A stretch of DNA of 64,000 bases, taken from an uncultured Methanosarcinales archaeon (GTDB lineage Archaea > Nanobdellota > Nanobdellia > Woesearchaeales > DSVV01). Of this stretch, positions 54,056-63,427 are shown piece by piece; the first letter of the stretch is position 1; every line of letters starts with the position of its first letter. The notes under the pieces are model-generated. The model saw nothing but the letters and a program-made list of their open reading frames with translations, was not told where the DNA came from and made no database searches. Both the position numbers and the translations under genes were made by a program. Where the stretch lies: NCBI GenBank assembly GCA_964452935.1, contig CAYVNO010000001.1, positions 25,537 to 89,536 on the forward strand, in the 5' to 3' direction.

Positions 54056-55057
54056 ATGGTATATATTTACAAGAAAACAATACATGGAAAGAACTATTAT
54101 TATCTTAGGGTATCTAAGAGGGTTAATGGTAAATTAGTGGTTAAAGATGTTGCTTATTTGGGTAATGATATATCTAAGATTGAAAGTAAGTTAAATAATT
54201 TAGTGGAGTATAAGGATGAGATAAGAAAAGGTCATAGAATCATAAAGAAATTTATACAATCAAATTATTTCTTACAGAAAGTAAAAAAATTGAAATTAAA
54301 GAATATTAATTATTTAGATAAAGGAATGTTAGAACAGGTTGAGGCTATAAAATTACATTATAAAAATAATTTTTTAAAATTAGATGAATTAACAAAGAAA
54401 GAGGTCTATAAACATTTTTTAATTGATTTTGCTTTTAATACAACCTCCATAGAAGGTAATACAATCACTCTAGATGAAGCAAATAAACTTTTGAATGAAG
54501 ATATTTTACCAAAAAATAAAACTCTTAGAGAAGTTTATGATTTGCAGAATACTGAAAACACTTTTTTATGGCTTTTAGACGACAAACCTTTGTTTAATGA
54601 AATGTTAATCACTGATATTCATGATAGATTGCTAGAGAAAATTGATGTAAGAAAAGGCTATAGGACTCAAGATATTAAAGTTTTCAAGTCAAAATTTGAG
54701 GCTTCTCCTGTTAAATACTTAAAGATTGATATGAGGGTTTTAATGAAGTGGTTTAAAGATAATAAAAAGTTACATCCTCTTGTTTTAGTTGGATTATTGC
54801 ATCATAAGTTAGAGAAGATACATCCGTTTGCAGATGGAAACGGAAGAACAGGGAGAATGTTGATGAATTATATTTTAATGAAAATGGGTTTTCCTCCTTT
54901 AATTATATCTAAAAAAAGAAGATCAGATTATTTGGCTGCTTTAAGGAATGCAGATAATTGTGATTTAAATGATAATGATTCTAGTTATTATAAAAAGTTG
55001 ATAACTTATTTAGCTGAGGAGATGGTTTCTTCTTATTGGTCTAATTTTAATGTTTAA
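54056..55057 (+). CDS. fic: Fic/Doc family protein (putative AMPylase)
   Basis: HPFADGNGRTGR matches the canonical Fic motif HPFx[DE]GNGRxxR. Confidence 0.9.
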   Translation: MVYIYKKTIHGKNYYYLRVSKRVNGKLVVKDVAYLGNDISKIESKLNNLVEYKDEIRKGHRIIKKFIQSNYFLQKVKKLKLKNINYLDKGMLEQVEAIKLHYKNNFLKLDELTKKEVYKHFLIDFAFNTTSIEGNTITLDEANKLLNEDILPKNKTLREVYDLQNTENTFLWLLDDKPLFNEMLITDIHDRLLEKIDVRKGYRTQDIKVFKSKFEASPVKYLKIDMRVLMKWFKDNKKLHPLVLVGLLHHKLEKIHPFADGNGRTGRMLMNYILMKMGFPPLIISKKRRSDYLAALRNADNCDLNDNDSSYYKKLITYLAEEMVSSYWSNFNV

Positions 55058-55059
55058 TT

Positions 55060-55097
55060 TACCCTTTACAATTGAAAAATGTGAATGTAAAGGGTAA
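55060..55097 (+). repeat. Second copy of the palindromic 38-bp element, immediately downstream of the Fic stop
   Basis: The sequence taccctttaca-attgaaaaatgtgaa-tgtaaagggtaa is about 90% identical to 53985-54022. Confidence 0.6.
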
Positions 55098-55317
55098 ATA
55101 TGATTCTATGTGTTTTTCTTCTAAAAACAAAACCTTTAAATACTAGTACATACTGAGTAATGCTTAATGCATATCATTAAGATATGATATGTAATCGTAA
55201 GCAGGTTTAGAACGAGTAAGAACGCCAACAATTTCGCCAAAATTGTAGTTCAGGGCAGGGTGCGGTAGCATCCTTCCAATTTTTTTCATAGGGGGTGCAA
55301 GATAGGAGTTGTGATAG

Positions 55318-55455
55318 ATGAAAGAACGTATTACAATAACAATTGACAAGGACCTGTTAAATTGGTTAGATAGTAAAATTGAAGATAAAACTTTTGCAAA
55401 TAGAAGTCACGGGTTTGAATTCTTAATTAAGAAAAGGATGGATGGTGAAAAATGA
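55318..55455 (+). CDS. Ribbon-helix-helix small protein, 45 aa, paralog of 52849-52986
   Basis: This ORF was not in the track. The protein is MKERITITIDKDLLNWLDSKIEDKTFANRSHGFEFLIKKRMDGEK. An AGGAG SD lies upstream. Its TGA overlaps the ATG of the beta-CASP gene. Confidence 0.6.
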   Translation: MKERITITIDKDLLNWLDSKIEDKTFANRSHGFEFLIKKRMDGEK

Positions 55456-56702
55456 AGATCACTTTCCATGGTGCAGCAAAAGAGGTAGGAAGAAGTTGTA
55501 TTGAAATTAATAATAAATATCTATTAGATGCAGGGTTAAAAATATGTGAAGAAGGGTCAGAGTATCCAACAGAGTTATTTCTTGATGGAATACAAGCAGT
55601 GTTTTTAAGTCATGCACACCTCGATCATACTGGAGCGTTGCCTTTATTTAATCATGATGGGTTGCATTGTAATATCTTTTGTACAAAAGCTACAAGAGAA
55701 CTTACAAAAATATTATTAAAGGACTCTTTGCATATTGCGTTATTAGAAACTAGGCATCCAGGTTATGGTGAAGATAATATCTTTAATGTTTTAGATTATA
55801 TGAAGTTTGTTAGATATAATAAAATAAATAAGTTTGGTAATATGAGGTTTGTTTTTTTAGATGCTGGACATATTCCTGGTTCTGCTTCTGTTTTATTAGA
55901 GATTGATGGGAAATCTGTTTTATACACAGGAGATATTAATCATAATGAAACTTTCCTATTGAATGGTTTAAATTATAATGTAAAAAATGTTGATGTGATG
56001 ATTACTGAGGCAACTTATGGGGATAGAAATCATCCTAATAGAAGTAAACAAAAGAAACAGTTCATAAATATGATAAAAGAATGTTTGAGAAATGATGGAA
56101 GTGTGTTGATTCCAGCGTTTGCTGTTGGTAGGGCACAAGAGATTATTCTAATGTTAGCAAGAGAAAACATCAGAGCGCCGATTTATTTAGATGGGATGGC
56201 CAAAAAGGTTTCTAATTTGTTCTTAGATTTAAGGCAGTATGTAAAAAGTGAGAAGAGTTTAAGGAATGCGTTGAGGAAAGTAAAATACATTAAATCTTGG
56301 AAACAAAGAAAAGAGATAATAAAACGGAAAGGGATTTTTATAACAACTTCTGGAATGTTAGACGGTGGACCAATAATGGATTATATGAAATACCTGTATC
56401 ATGATCCTAAGAATTGTATTTTACTAACAGGTTATCAAGCAGAAGGTTCTAACGGAAGGTTATTATTAGAAGAGGGAGCTGTGTTTATTGACGGGATGAG
56501 GTTAAGGTGGAGAGGTTATGTCCAGAAGTTTGATTTTAGTGCACATTCAGGAAGAAAGGAACTTGTTAAGTTTATTAAAAATGTTAATCCAAAAGTTTTG
56601 ATTATAAATCACTGTGATGAAGAAGCAGGAGAGTCAATTAAGAACGAATTCAAAAACAAAAAAGTGTTTTTACCGCATTTAGATGAAACTATAGATTTAT
56701 GA
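55452..56702 (+). CDS. Metallo-beta-lactamase/beta-CASP family ribonuclease (aCPSF2-like)
   Basis: HAHLDHTGALP is the MBL His motif. The ~416-aa size and later His/Asp motifs are typical of short archaeal beta-CASP RNases. Confidence 0.7.
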   Translation: MKITFHGAAKEVGRSCIEINNKYLLDAGLKICEEGSEYPTELFLDGIQAVFLSHAHLDHTGALPLFNHDGLHCNIFCTKATRELTKILLKDSLHIALLETRHPGYGEDNIFNVLDYMKFVRYNKINKFGNMRFVFLDAGHIPGSASVLLEIDGKSVLYTGDINHNETFLLNGLNYNVKNVDVMITEATYGDRNHPNRSKQKKQFINMIKECLRNDGSVLIPAFAVGRAQEIILMLARENIRAPIYLDGMAKKVSNLFLDLRQYVKSEKSLRNALRKVKYIKSWKQRKEIIKRKGIFITTSGMLDGGPIMDYMKYLYHDPKNCILLTGYQAEGSNGRLLLEEGAVFIDGMRLRWRGYVQKFDFSAHSGRKELVKFIKNVNPKVLIINHCDEEAGESIKNEFKNKKVFLPHLDETIDL

Positions 56703-56734
56703 TTCCTATAGAGCTTTAGGAAAAAGAGGTGTTG

Positions 56735-56756
56735 AGTGGTGCCTTCGGGCACTACT
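56735..56756 (+). terminator. GC hairpin with a UUCG tetraloop in the intergenic region
   Basis: The sequence agtggtgcc-ttcg-ggcactact is followed by a TATA-like tatattaat box before the ATPase start. Confidence 0.3.
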
Positions 56757-56766
56757 CTATATTAAT

Positions 56767-59400
56767 ATGCAATATTATGCTGAAAAAACAAAAAGTGTTG
56801 AGAAGGATCTTTCTACTAGTGTGAATAATGGGCTGGAAAGTAAGGATGCAAAAAGTAGGTTAGAGAAATATGGGTTAAATGAGTTAAAAAGAGCAAAGAA
56901 GATTAATCCTATAAAGATATTCTTTGATCAATTCAAAAGTATTGTTATTTATATTTTGATTGCGGCAGTAATTATATCTATATTTCTTGGTGAGATAATT
57001 GATAGTGTTGTTATTCTAGTTATTCTAATATTTAATGCGGTTTTTGGATTTATACAGGAGTATAAAGCAGAGAAGTCTATAGAAGCTTTGAAAAAGATGG
57101 CTTCATTAAAGGCAAAAGTTATTCGGGATGGGAAAGAGATTCTAATAGAAGCAAGAGATGTTGTTCCTGGCGATGTGCTAGTGTTAGAAGAAGGAGATAA
57201 GGTTCCTGCTGATTGTAGGTTGTTTGAAGTAGTAAGGTTAGAAACACAAGAAGCGTCTTTAACAGGTGAGTCAACACCAGTAAATAAGACAGATGATATT
57301 ATGAAAAAAGATACAATCTTAGCTGAGAGAAAGAATTGTGTATATGCAGGAACAATTATTACAAAAGGAAGAGGTAAAGGGGTTGTTATTGGAACTGGAA
57401 TGAAAACAGAGCTTGGGAAAATAGCGAAATTAATCCAGGACACAGAACAAGAGTTAACTCCTTTACAACATAAATTAGATTCTTTAGGCAGATGGTTAGG
57501 TTTTGCAACTATATTTATTTGTGTGATTGTTTTTATTGTTGGTATTTTAAGGGGAGGGAGCATGTTAGAGATGTTTTTAGCTGCAGTAGCACTAGCAGTA
57601 GCAGCTATTCCAGAAGGTTTACCAGCTGTGGTTACTATCTCTTTAGCGTTAGGTGTAAGAAGGATGATAAAGAGGAACGCGTTAGTTAGAAAACTACCTT
57701 CTGTTGAAACTTTGGGGTGTACAACTGTTATCTGTTCCGATAAAACAGGAACATTAACCAAAAATGAGATGACTGTGAAAAAGATTTTTATGAATAATAA
57801 TATTGTTGAGGTAAGTGGTGCAGGTTATACTGATGATGGAAATTTTATGTTTAAAGATAAGAAAGTTAATCCAGAACAGTTTGAGATGTTATTAAAGATT
57901 GGTGCGTTAAATAACTCAGCTTTAGAGAAAGGAACTGTTATTGGAGATCCTACTGAGGGATGTTTGATTGTTAGTGCAAGAAAAGGTGGGTTAGATAGAG
58001 AAAAATTAGAGAAGGAATGTAAACGAGTTGATGAGCTTCCGTTTGATTCTGAAAGAAAGATGATGAGTACTGTACATCTGGTTTCTGGTAAGAAGATGGT
58101 ATACACTAAAGGAGCTCCTGATATGATTATTAATTGTTGTACTCATATTTTAGAGAATGGCAAGGTTAGAAAGTTATCAGATAAAGATAAGAAGTTTATT
58201 TATAATGTGAATGATGGCTTTGCAAAAGATGCTTTAAGAGTTTTAGGATTTGCATATAAACCTTTGAAATTAGCTGAGAAGGCTGAAGAGAAAAAGTTAA
58301 TCTTTGTTGGGTTGCAAGCGATGATTGATCCACCAAGAGAGAGTGTTAAGGATTCTATAAAAAGATGCCATGATGCAGGTATTAAGGTTGTTATGATTAC
58401 AGGAGATCATGAGATAACTGCTAGAGCGATTGCAAAAGAGTTAGGCATTGGCGATAGATCAATGTGTGGCAAAGATTTAGATGAAAAAGAGGATTTACAT
58501 AATATTGTTAAGAATATTGATATCTATGCAAGAGTTAATCCAGAACATAAGCTAAAGATTGTTGATGCTCTGAGAAAGAATGGGCATGTTGTTGCGATGA
58601 CTGGAGATGGTGTTAATGATGCTCCAGCTTTGAAAAAAGCTGATATTGGAATTGCTATGGGAATTACAGGGACAGATGTTTCAAAAGAGGCTTCTGATAT
58701 GGTTTTAGTTGATGATCACTTTTCTTCTATTGTTAATGCTGTTGAAGAAGGAAGAGGGATCTATGACAATATAAAGAAGTTTGTTAATTACATGTTATCT
58801 TCAAATTTAGGAGAGGTATTAGTTTTATTTGTAGCAATGTTGATAGGGTTTAAAGATTCAATGGGGGGAGTTGTTATTCCAATAATTGCTATACAAATTT
58901 TGTGGATAAATTTAGTTACAGATGGTTTGCCTGCTTTAGCGTTGGGTGTTGATCCAATTAGTAGAGGGATTATGCAGAGAAATCCTAGAAGCCCAAAAGA
59001 ACATATTGTTTCTGCAAATATGGGAGTTAATGTGTTGTTGATAGGAATAATGATTTGTGTAATAAGTTTGATATTATTTAATAAAGGGTTAAGTGAAGAT
59101 GTTGTTGTTGGAAGGACAATGGTGTTTACAGCTTTAGTGGTTATGGAGACAGTAAGAGTTGTTATGATAAGATCACAGTATAATGTTGGCTTTTTATCCA
59201 ATAAATATTTAATTGGAGCTTTATTTGTTTCATTATTATTGCAGTTAGCGGTTGTTTACACACCATTGAATATTATATTTAAGACAGCTCCGTTAGGTTT
59301 AGTACATTGGATGTATATTATTATTGGTGCTGTTTCAATGATGATTGTTGGAATGGGTGCAAACTTTTTAATTAAAAGAATAACAAGAGAGGTTGATTGA
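56767..59400 (+). CDS. P-type cation-transporting ATPase (P2-type, Ca2+/cation pump)
   Basis: TGES, DKTGTLT, TGDHEITA and TGDGVNDAPAL are present, with 10 TM segments. Confidence 0.9.
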   Translation: MQYYAEKTKSVEKDLSTSVNNGLESKDAKSRLEKYGLNELKRAKKINPIKIFFDQFKSIVIYILIAAVIISIFLGEIIDSVVILVILIFNAVFGFIQEYKAEKSIEALKKMASLKAKVIRDGKEILIEARDVVPGDVLVLEEGDKVPADCRLFEVVRLETQEASLTGESTPVNKTDDIMKKDTILAERKNCVYAGTIITKGRGKGVVIGTGMKTELGKIAKLIQDTEQELTPLQHKLDSLGRWLGFATIFICVIVFIVGILRGGSMLEMFLAAVALAVAAIPEGLPAVVTISLALGVRRMIKRNALVRKLPSVETLGCTTVICSDKTGTLTKNEMTVKKIFMNNNIVEVSGAGYTDDGNFMFKDKKVNPEQFEMLLKIGALNNSALEKGTVIGDPTEGCLIVSARKGGLDREKLEKECKRVDELPFDSERKMMSTVHLVSGKKMVYTKGAPDMIINCCTHILENGKVRKLSDKDKKFIYNVNDGFAKDALRVLGFAYKPLKLAEKAEEKKLIFVGLQAMIDPPRESVKDSIKRCHDAGIKVVMITGDHEITARAIAKELGIGDRSMCGKDLDEKEDLHNIVKNIDIYARVNPEHKLKIVDALRKNGHVVAMTGDGVNDAPALKKADIGIAMGITGTDVSKEASDMVLVDDHFSSIVNAVEEGRGIYDNIKKFVNYMLSSNLGEVLVLFVAMLIGFKDSMGGVVIPIIAIQILWINLVTDGLPALALGVDPISRGIMQRNPRSPKEHIVSANMGVNVLLIGIMICVISLILFNKGLSEDVVVGRTMVFTALVVMETVRVVMIRSQYNVGFLSNKYLIGALFVSLLLQLAVVYTPLNIIFKTAPLGLVHWMYIIIGAVSMMIVGMGANFLIKRITREVD

Positions 59401-59522
59401 AGTGGTGAGAATACAAGCAAGAAGTGTTGGTAAAGAAAAACCAAAGTCAAATGATGAGATATATAAGAATTGGAAAAGATACATGGAAGTAAGAAAAAAG
59501 GAAAGGAACAAAGAAGATTAAA

Positions 59523-60617
59523 ATGAATAAGAATCTTTTATTTGGTATTGTGATGGGTGTTTCTATTTTATTAAGTGCTTTAATTATTGGTTTTGTTTAT
59601 TATTCTGATTCTGATGAACCTCATGTTGGTGGTTTATTGCCGGTTATGATTCAATTAGCTTCTGGATGTGATGTTGGAGAGTATTATGATGTTGAGCCAA
59701 TATTTATTAAGAATTTTGGTGATAGTAATATTGTTGTAACAATGAAAACAAGACAAGACATTGTTTCTTTAAAGAATGATGATTGTGTTATAAAATCTGG
59801 GAGACCAGATGAGTTAAGAGAGTTAATTGAAGAGTTAAGGCCACAGTTAAGAGAAGAAAGAGATGAAAAACTAAGAGAGTTAAGATTAAATAGGTCTGTT
59901 AAGAAAAAAGATGTTTTAGACAAAGATGATTTAGAAGATTTCTTGAAGAATAAACATCCTGATACCCCTCAAGATGCTCCTGATGGTGGCGTTATGTCTC
60001 CGTATCAACTTTATGTTACACCAGATGATGTAGAATATTATTTAGATGATAATAGTTTAAGTACAAAAGAAGAGATTTATGAAGCGGCTTTACAATGGGT
60101 GTGGGTTTCTGAGCAGACGTTAAATAATGAGGATGAGTTATGGTTATATCCTGTGGATTTTTTAGATGATACTCCTAGTTATCTTGGGAACCCTGTCAAA
60201 GGTAGAATTGCGAGTGACTGTTCTGAACAAGCTAACACTTTAGCTTCGTTATTAATTGCTTCTGATGAATATGATGAGACAGAGGTTAGAGTTGTTTTGG
60301 GTTTAGTTGATTTTGGAGGTTCTACAGGTGGACATGCATGGGTTGAGGTCTATGAAGATGCAAGATGGTTTGCTTTAGAGCCTACTGCAGGTTATTATTA
60401 TGACGATGATAATAATAAGTTTGTGAAGACAGATGTTTCTGTTATTCCTTATGAATATTTTAGTTTCTATGAGTTCCCTGCTGAAGAGATCTGGTATTAT
60501 TATAATCATGAATACTTTTATGACTTTGTTGACAGAAGGGGAAATGCTCCTCAGAATTGGAGAAAAATGGCAAAATCTTATTTCCAGAGTCAGATTACAG
60601 CGAGTAGGGCAAATTAG
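59523..60617 (+). CDS. Transglutaminase-like cysteine protease domain protein, membrane anchored
   Basis: There is an N-terminal TM segment. The core ASDCSEQANTLASLLIA...GGHAWVEVYEDARWFALEPT has the Cys-His-Asp triad spacing of TGase-like domains. Confidence 0.65.
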   Translation: MNKNLLFGIVMGVSILLSALIIGFVYYSDSDEPHVGGLLPVMIQLASGCDVGEYYDVEPIFIKNFGDSNIVVTMKTRQDIVSLKNDDCVIKSGRPDELRELIEELRPQLREERDEKLRELRLNRSVKKKDVLDKDDLEDFLKNKHPDTPQDAPDGGVMSPYQLYVTPDDVEYYLDDNSLSTKEEIYEAALQWVWVSEQTLNNEDELWLYPVDFLDDTPSYLGNPVKGRIASDCSEQANTLASLLIASDEYDETEVRVVLGLVDFGGSTGGHAWVEVYEDARWFALEPTAGYYYDDDNNKFVKTDVSVIPYEYFSFYEFPAEEIWYYYNHEYFYDFVDRRGNAPQNWRKMAKSYFQSQITASRAN

Positions 60618-60629
60618 ATTGGTGACACA

Positions 60630-62315
60630 ATGGATCAAAAATCAAATAAATATTTCAAAGAGCTAATGAAAGAGTTAGGTAGAAAGAAATACACTAAACA
60701 TACTCTTAATACACTTAAGATGAAACTCTGTGAGAAACATAAATTAAAGAATATTCCAACTGATATCCAGATTCTTTTGAATGTTGATAAAAAGAAATTA
60801 AATAAATTCAATCTTAAACTATTGCAGACTAAACCTACAAGGTCTATTTCAGGTGTTGCTGTCTGTGCAGTTATGAGTTTTCCGTATAAATGTCCTCATG
60901 GTGAGTGTAGGATGTGTCCTTCAAATACTTCAAAAGGTATTCCACAGAGTTATACTGGGAAAGAGCCGGCATCAATGAGGGCAATTAGGAATAAATTTGA
61001 TTCTTACTTGCAGGTTTTTAATAGATTAGAGCAATATGTTGTTATGGGGCATAATTTTGATAAGATTGAGTTAATTATTATGGGCGGTACATTCCCAAGT
61101 TTTCCAAAAAAATATCAAGAGAATTTTGTAATGAATGCGTTCAAAGCTATGAATGATTTTGGAAAATTATTTTTTGTAAATAATGAGTTTAATGTTTCTA
61201 AATTTAAGAAATTCTTTGAATTGCCTGGTGAAGTTGGTAGTGAGAAGAGAGTTAAGTCTATTCATAAGAAGATTTTGAAATTAAAAGGTAAGTCTACTTT
61301 AGAGAAAGAACAGAGAATGAATGAGAAGTCAATGGTTAGATGTGTTGGTATGACTCAGGAGACTAGACCGGATTATGGGATGTTAAAACATGCAAATGAG
61401 ATGTTAAGATTAGGTTGTACTAGAGTTGAATTAGGTGTACAAACGGTTTATAACGAAGTTTTAGAGAGGATTGAGAGAGGACATAGTGTTGAAGACAGTA
61501 TTAATTCTATAAGGATTCTAAAAGATTTAGGTTTTAAGATAAATTATCATGTAATGCCTGGTTTGCCTGATGTTGATAAGAAAAAAGATATTGAAGGATT
61601 AAAGAAATTATTTACTGATCAAAGATTTAGACCAGATATGTTAAAAATATACCCTTGTATGGTTTTAAAAAATACTAAATTATTTAGAGATTGGAAGAAA
61701 GGTAAGTTTGATCCGTTAACAACAAAGAAAGCTGCCGAGTTAGTTGCAGAGTTTAAGAAATATGTTCCAGAGTATGTAAGAATAATGAGGGTTCAAAGAG
61801 ATATTCCTACTTATATGACAGAAGCAGGAGTTGATAAAACAAATTTAAGACAGTATGTTGATAAGTTGAAACCAAAATGTAAATGTATTAGGTGTAGGGA
61901 GATTGGTAGATTTATTGGAAAAAAGAATTTTAAACTAGGGAAAATTAGTGTGAATATTAAAGAGTATAAGGCAAGCGATGGAAAAGAGTTTTTTATTTCT
62001 GCAGATGATAAGAATATGTTGTTGGGTTTTTGTAGATTAAGATTTCCTTCACAGTTACTTAGAAAGGAAATAACGAAGAAAACTGCCTTAGTTAGGGAGT
62101 TGCATATTTATTCTCCCGCGGTTAATATTGGTGAGAAATCTAAGGATTCATTTCAACATAAAGGACTTGGAAAGAAATTATTGAAAAAAGCTGAAGAAAT
62201 TGCTAAAAAGAATGGAAAGAAGAAAATAGTTATTATTTCTGGTGTTGGAGCTAGGGATTATTATAGAAAATTAGGTTATAAAAATCAAGGGCCTTATATG
62301 GTAAAGAAACTGTAA
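60630..62315 (+). CDS. elp3: Elongator complex protein 3 homolog (radical SAM + GNAT tRNA-modifying enzyme)
   Basis: CAVMSFPYKCPHGECRMC is the radical SAM cluster. The C-terminal GNAT is marked by QHKGLGKKLLKKAEEIA. Confidence 0.85.
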   Translation: MDQKSNKYFKELMKELGRKKYTKHTLNTLKMKLCEKHKLKNIPTDIQILLNVDKKKLNKFNLKLLQTKPTRSISGVAVCAVMSFPYKCPHGECRMCPSNTSKGIPQSYTGKEPASMRAIRNKFDSYLQVFNRLEQYVVMGHNFDKIELIIMGGTFPSFPKKYQENFVMNAFKAMNDFGKLFFVNNEFNVSKFKKFFELPGEVGSEKRVKSIHKKILKLKGKSTLEKEQRMNEKSMVRCVGMTQETRPDYGMLKHANEMLRLGCTRVELGVQTVYNEVLERIERGHSVEDSINSIRILKDLGFKINYHVMPGLPDVDKKKDIEGLKKLFTDQRFRPDMLKIYPCMVLKNTKLFRDWKKGKFDPLTTKKAAELVAEFKKYVPEYVRIMRVQRDIPTYMTEAGVDKTNLRQYVDKLKPKCKCIRCREIGRFIGKKNFKLGKISVNIKEYKASDGKEFFISADDKNMLLGFCRLRFPSQLLRKEITKKTALVRELHIYSPAVNIGEKSKDSFQHKGLGKKLLKKAEEIAKKNGKKKIVIISGVGARDYYRKLGYKNQGPYMVKKL

Positions 62316-62342
62316 TATTTTTAAATAGGGCTGTATTTCTTT

Positions 62343-63386
62343 ATGATTATGGGAGATAAGATTGATATACCTATTGTACTTGATGTTGATTTAACAGCTT
62401 CTGCTGAGTATTTACAGATTCCTATGCTTACTGATAGATTTCCTGCTTTGAAGGAGCACTATGCTACAAAGGGTTATGAGTTAAATGTTCCTCAGGATTA
62501 TCTAGATATTTCTTCAAATTTTGGTGATAGGGGTGTTGCTTATTTACAGATGATGATTTGGGATGCACAACCAGGTGGTCCGTTAGATGGGTTAACAAAT
62601 GAAGAAATCAGGAATTCTGGAAAAAGAGCTGAACCTGCTATTGGTTTGGCAGATGGTTTAAGGCAACTTAGGAATGATTTTAGTGGAATAGCTAGACTTC
62701 ATTATTTTTTTCTTTCAATGGGCAATAAACCTGCAGTTGAAGGGTTTGTTGAAGCTCAAAGATTAACAGATGTTGTTGAATTAATAGAAGCTTCTGAGTT
62801 TACTACAGATGAGGATGGAGTAATAAATGGTTTGAAAAGAGTTGTCGACGATTTTGGTAAGAACAGATGGATAATTCCTTTTTTGAAAGGAGGGAGAGAT
62901 TCATTGAATACTGTTGTTTCAACTCGTAGACAGAAATTCAATGATAGGGATCTTATTGTTATTGGAGATGGTTTTACTGATGTGTCTAAATTTACTTATG
63001 GTAAATCAAGAGGAGCTGCACCTATCTGTGTTTATGCTCCAGGAGATATTCGTAGATTTATCCAGGCTATTGAAATTGTTGGACCAAGAGTGGATTGTGT
63101 TGTTCCTAGAGATTATACTCCTGGCAGTGTTCTTTATGATTATTTGAGTTCAGTTATTTCTAGTAATGTAGCAGGCCATTGTGATTTTGAGCCAGGTCTT
63201 TTGTATAAACATGGTACAGACGGGATAGCTCATGGTGGGACAAGAGAGTTAGTTGAAAGGCATTTAAGGGATTGTTGTGGATGTCGCTCTTATTTTGAGA
63301 GATATGTTGTGGATACTAATGGCGGCGAACATATAGAACACAGAAAATCTTTAGTTTCGCCAGTTGTTTTAAGTATGGATGATTAA
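62343..63386 (+). CDS. HAD-superfamily-like hydrolase, hypothetical (higher GC)
   Basis: IVLDVDLTAS is the DxDxT motif I, and LIVIGDGFTDVS is a GDGxxD motif IV. The C-terminus is Cys-rich (CCGC). Confidence 0.4.
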   Translation: MIMGDKIDIPIVLDVDLTASAEYLQIPMLTDRFPALKEHYATKGYELNVPQDYLDISSNFGDRGVAYLQMMIWDAQPGGPLDGLTNEEIRNSGKRAEPAIGLADGLRQLRNDFSGIARLHYFFLSMGNKPAVEGFVEAQRLTDVVELIEASEFTTDEDGVINGLKRVVDDFGKNRWIIPFLKGGRDSLNTVVSTRRQKFNDRDLIVIGDGFTDVSKFTYGKSRGAAPICVYAPGDIRRFIQAIEIVGPRVDCVVPRDYTPGSVLYDYLSSVISSNVAGHCDFEPGLLYKHGTDGIAHGGTRELVERHLRDCCGCRSYFERYVVDTNGGEHIEHRKSLVSPVVLSMDD

Positions 63387-63427
63387 TTCGGTAAATCTTT
63401 ATAAATGGATATTTAATACCTTATTAT

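Noticed and set aside
55164-55349. Minus-strand 61-aa ORF in the fic/RHH intergenic region. A tRNA-like gene in the GC-richer patch 55200-55290 was also considered
   Set aside because: It has no SD or promoter context and overlaps the plus-strand RHH gene start. I could not fold the GC-rich patch into a cloverleaf with acceptor/T-arm complementarity on either strand.
56949-59450. Minus-strand ORFs of 270, 93, 137 and 64 aa
   Set aside because: They lie antisense within the well-supported P-type ATPase gene, and their Ser/Thr/Ile-rich composition is typical of antisense frames.
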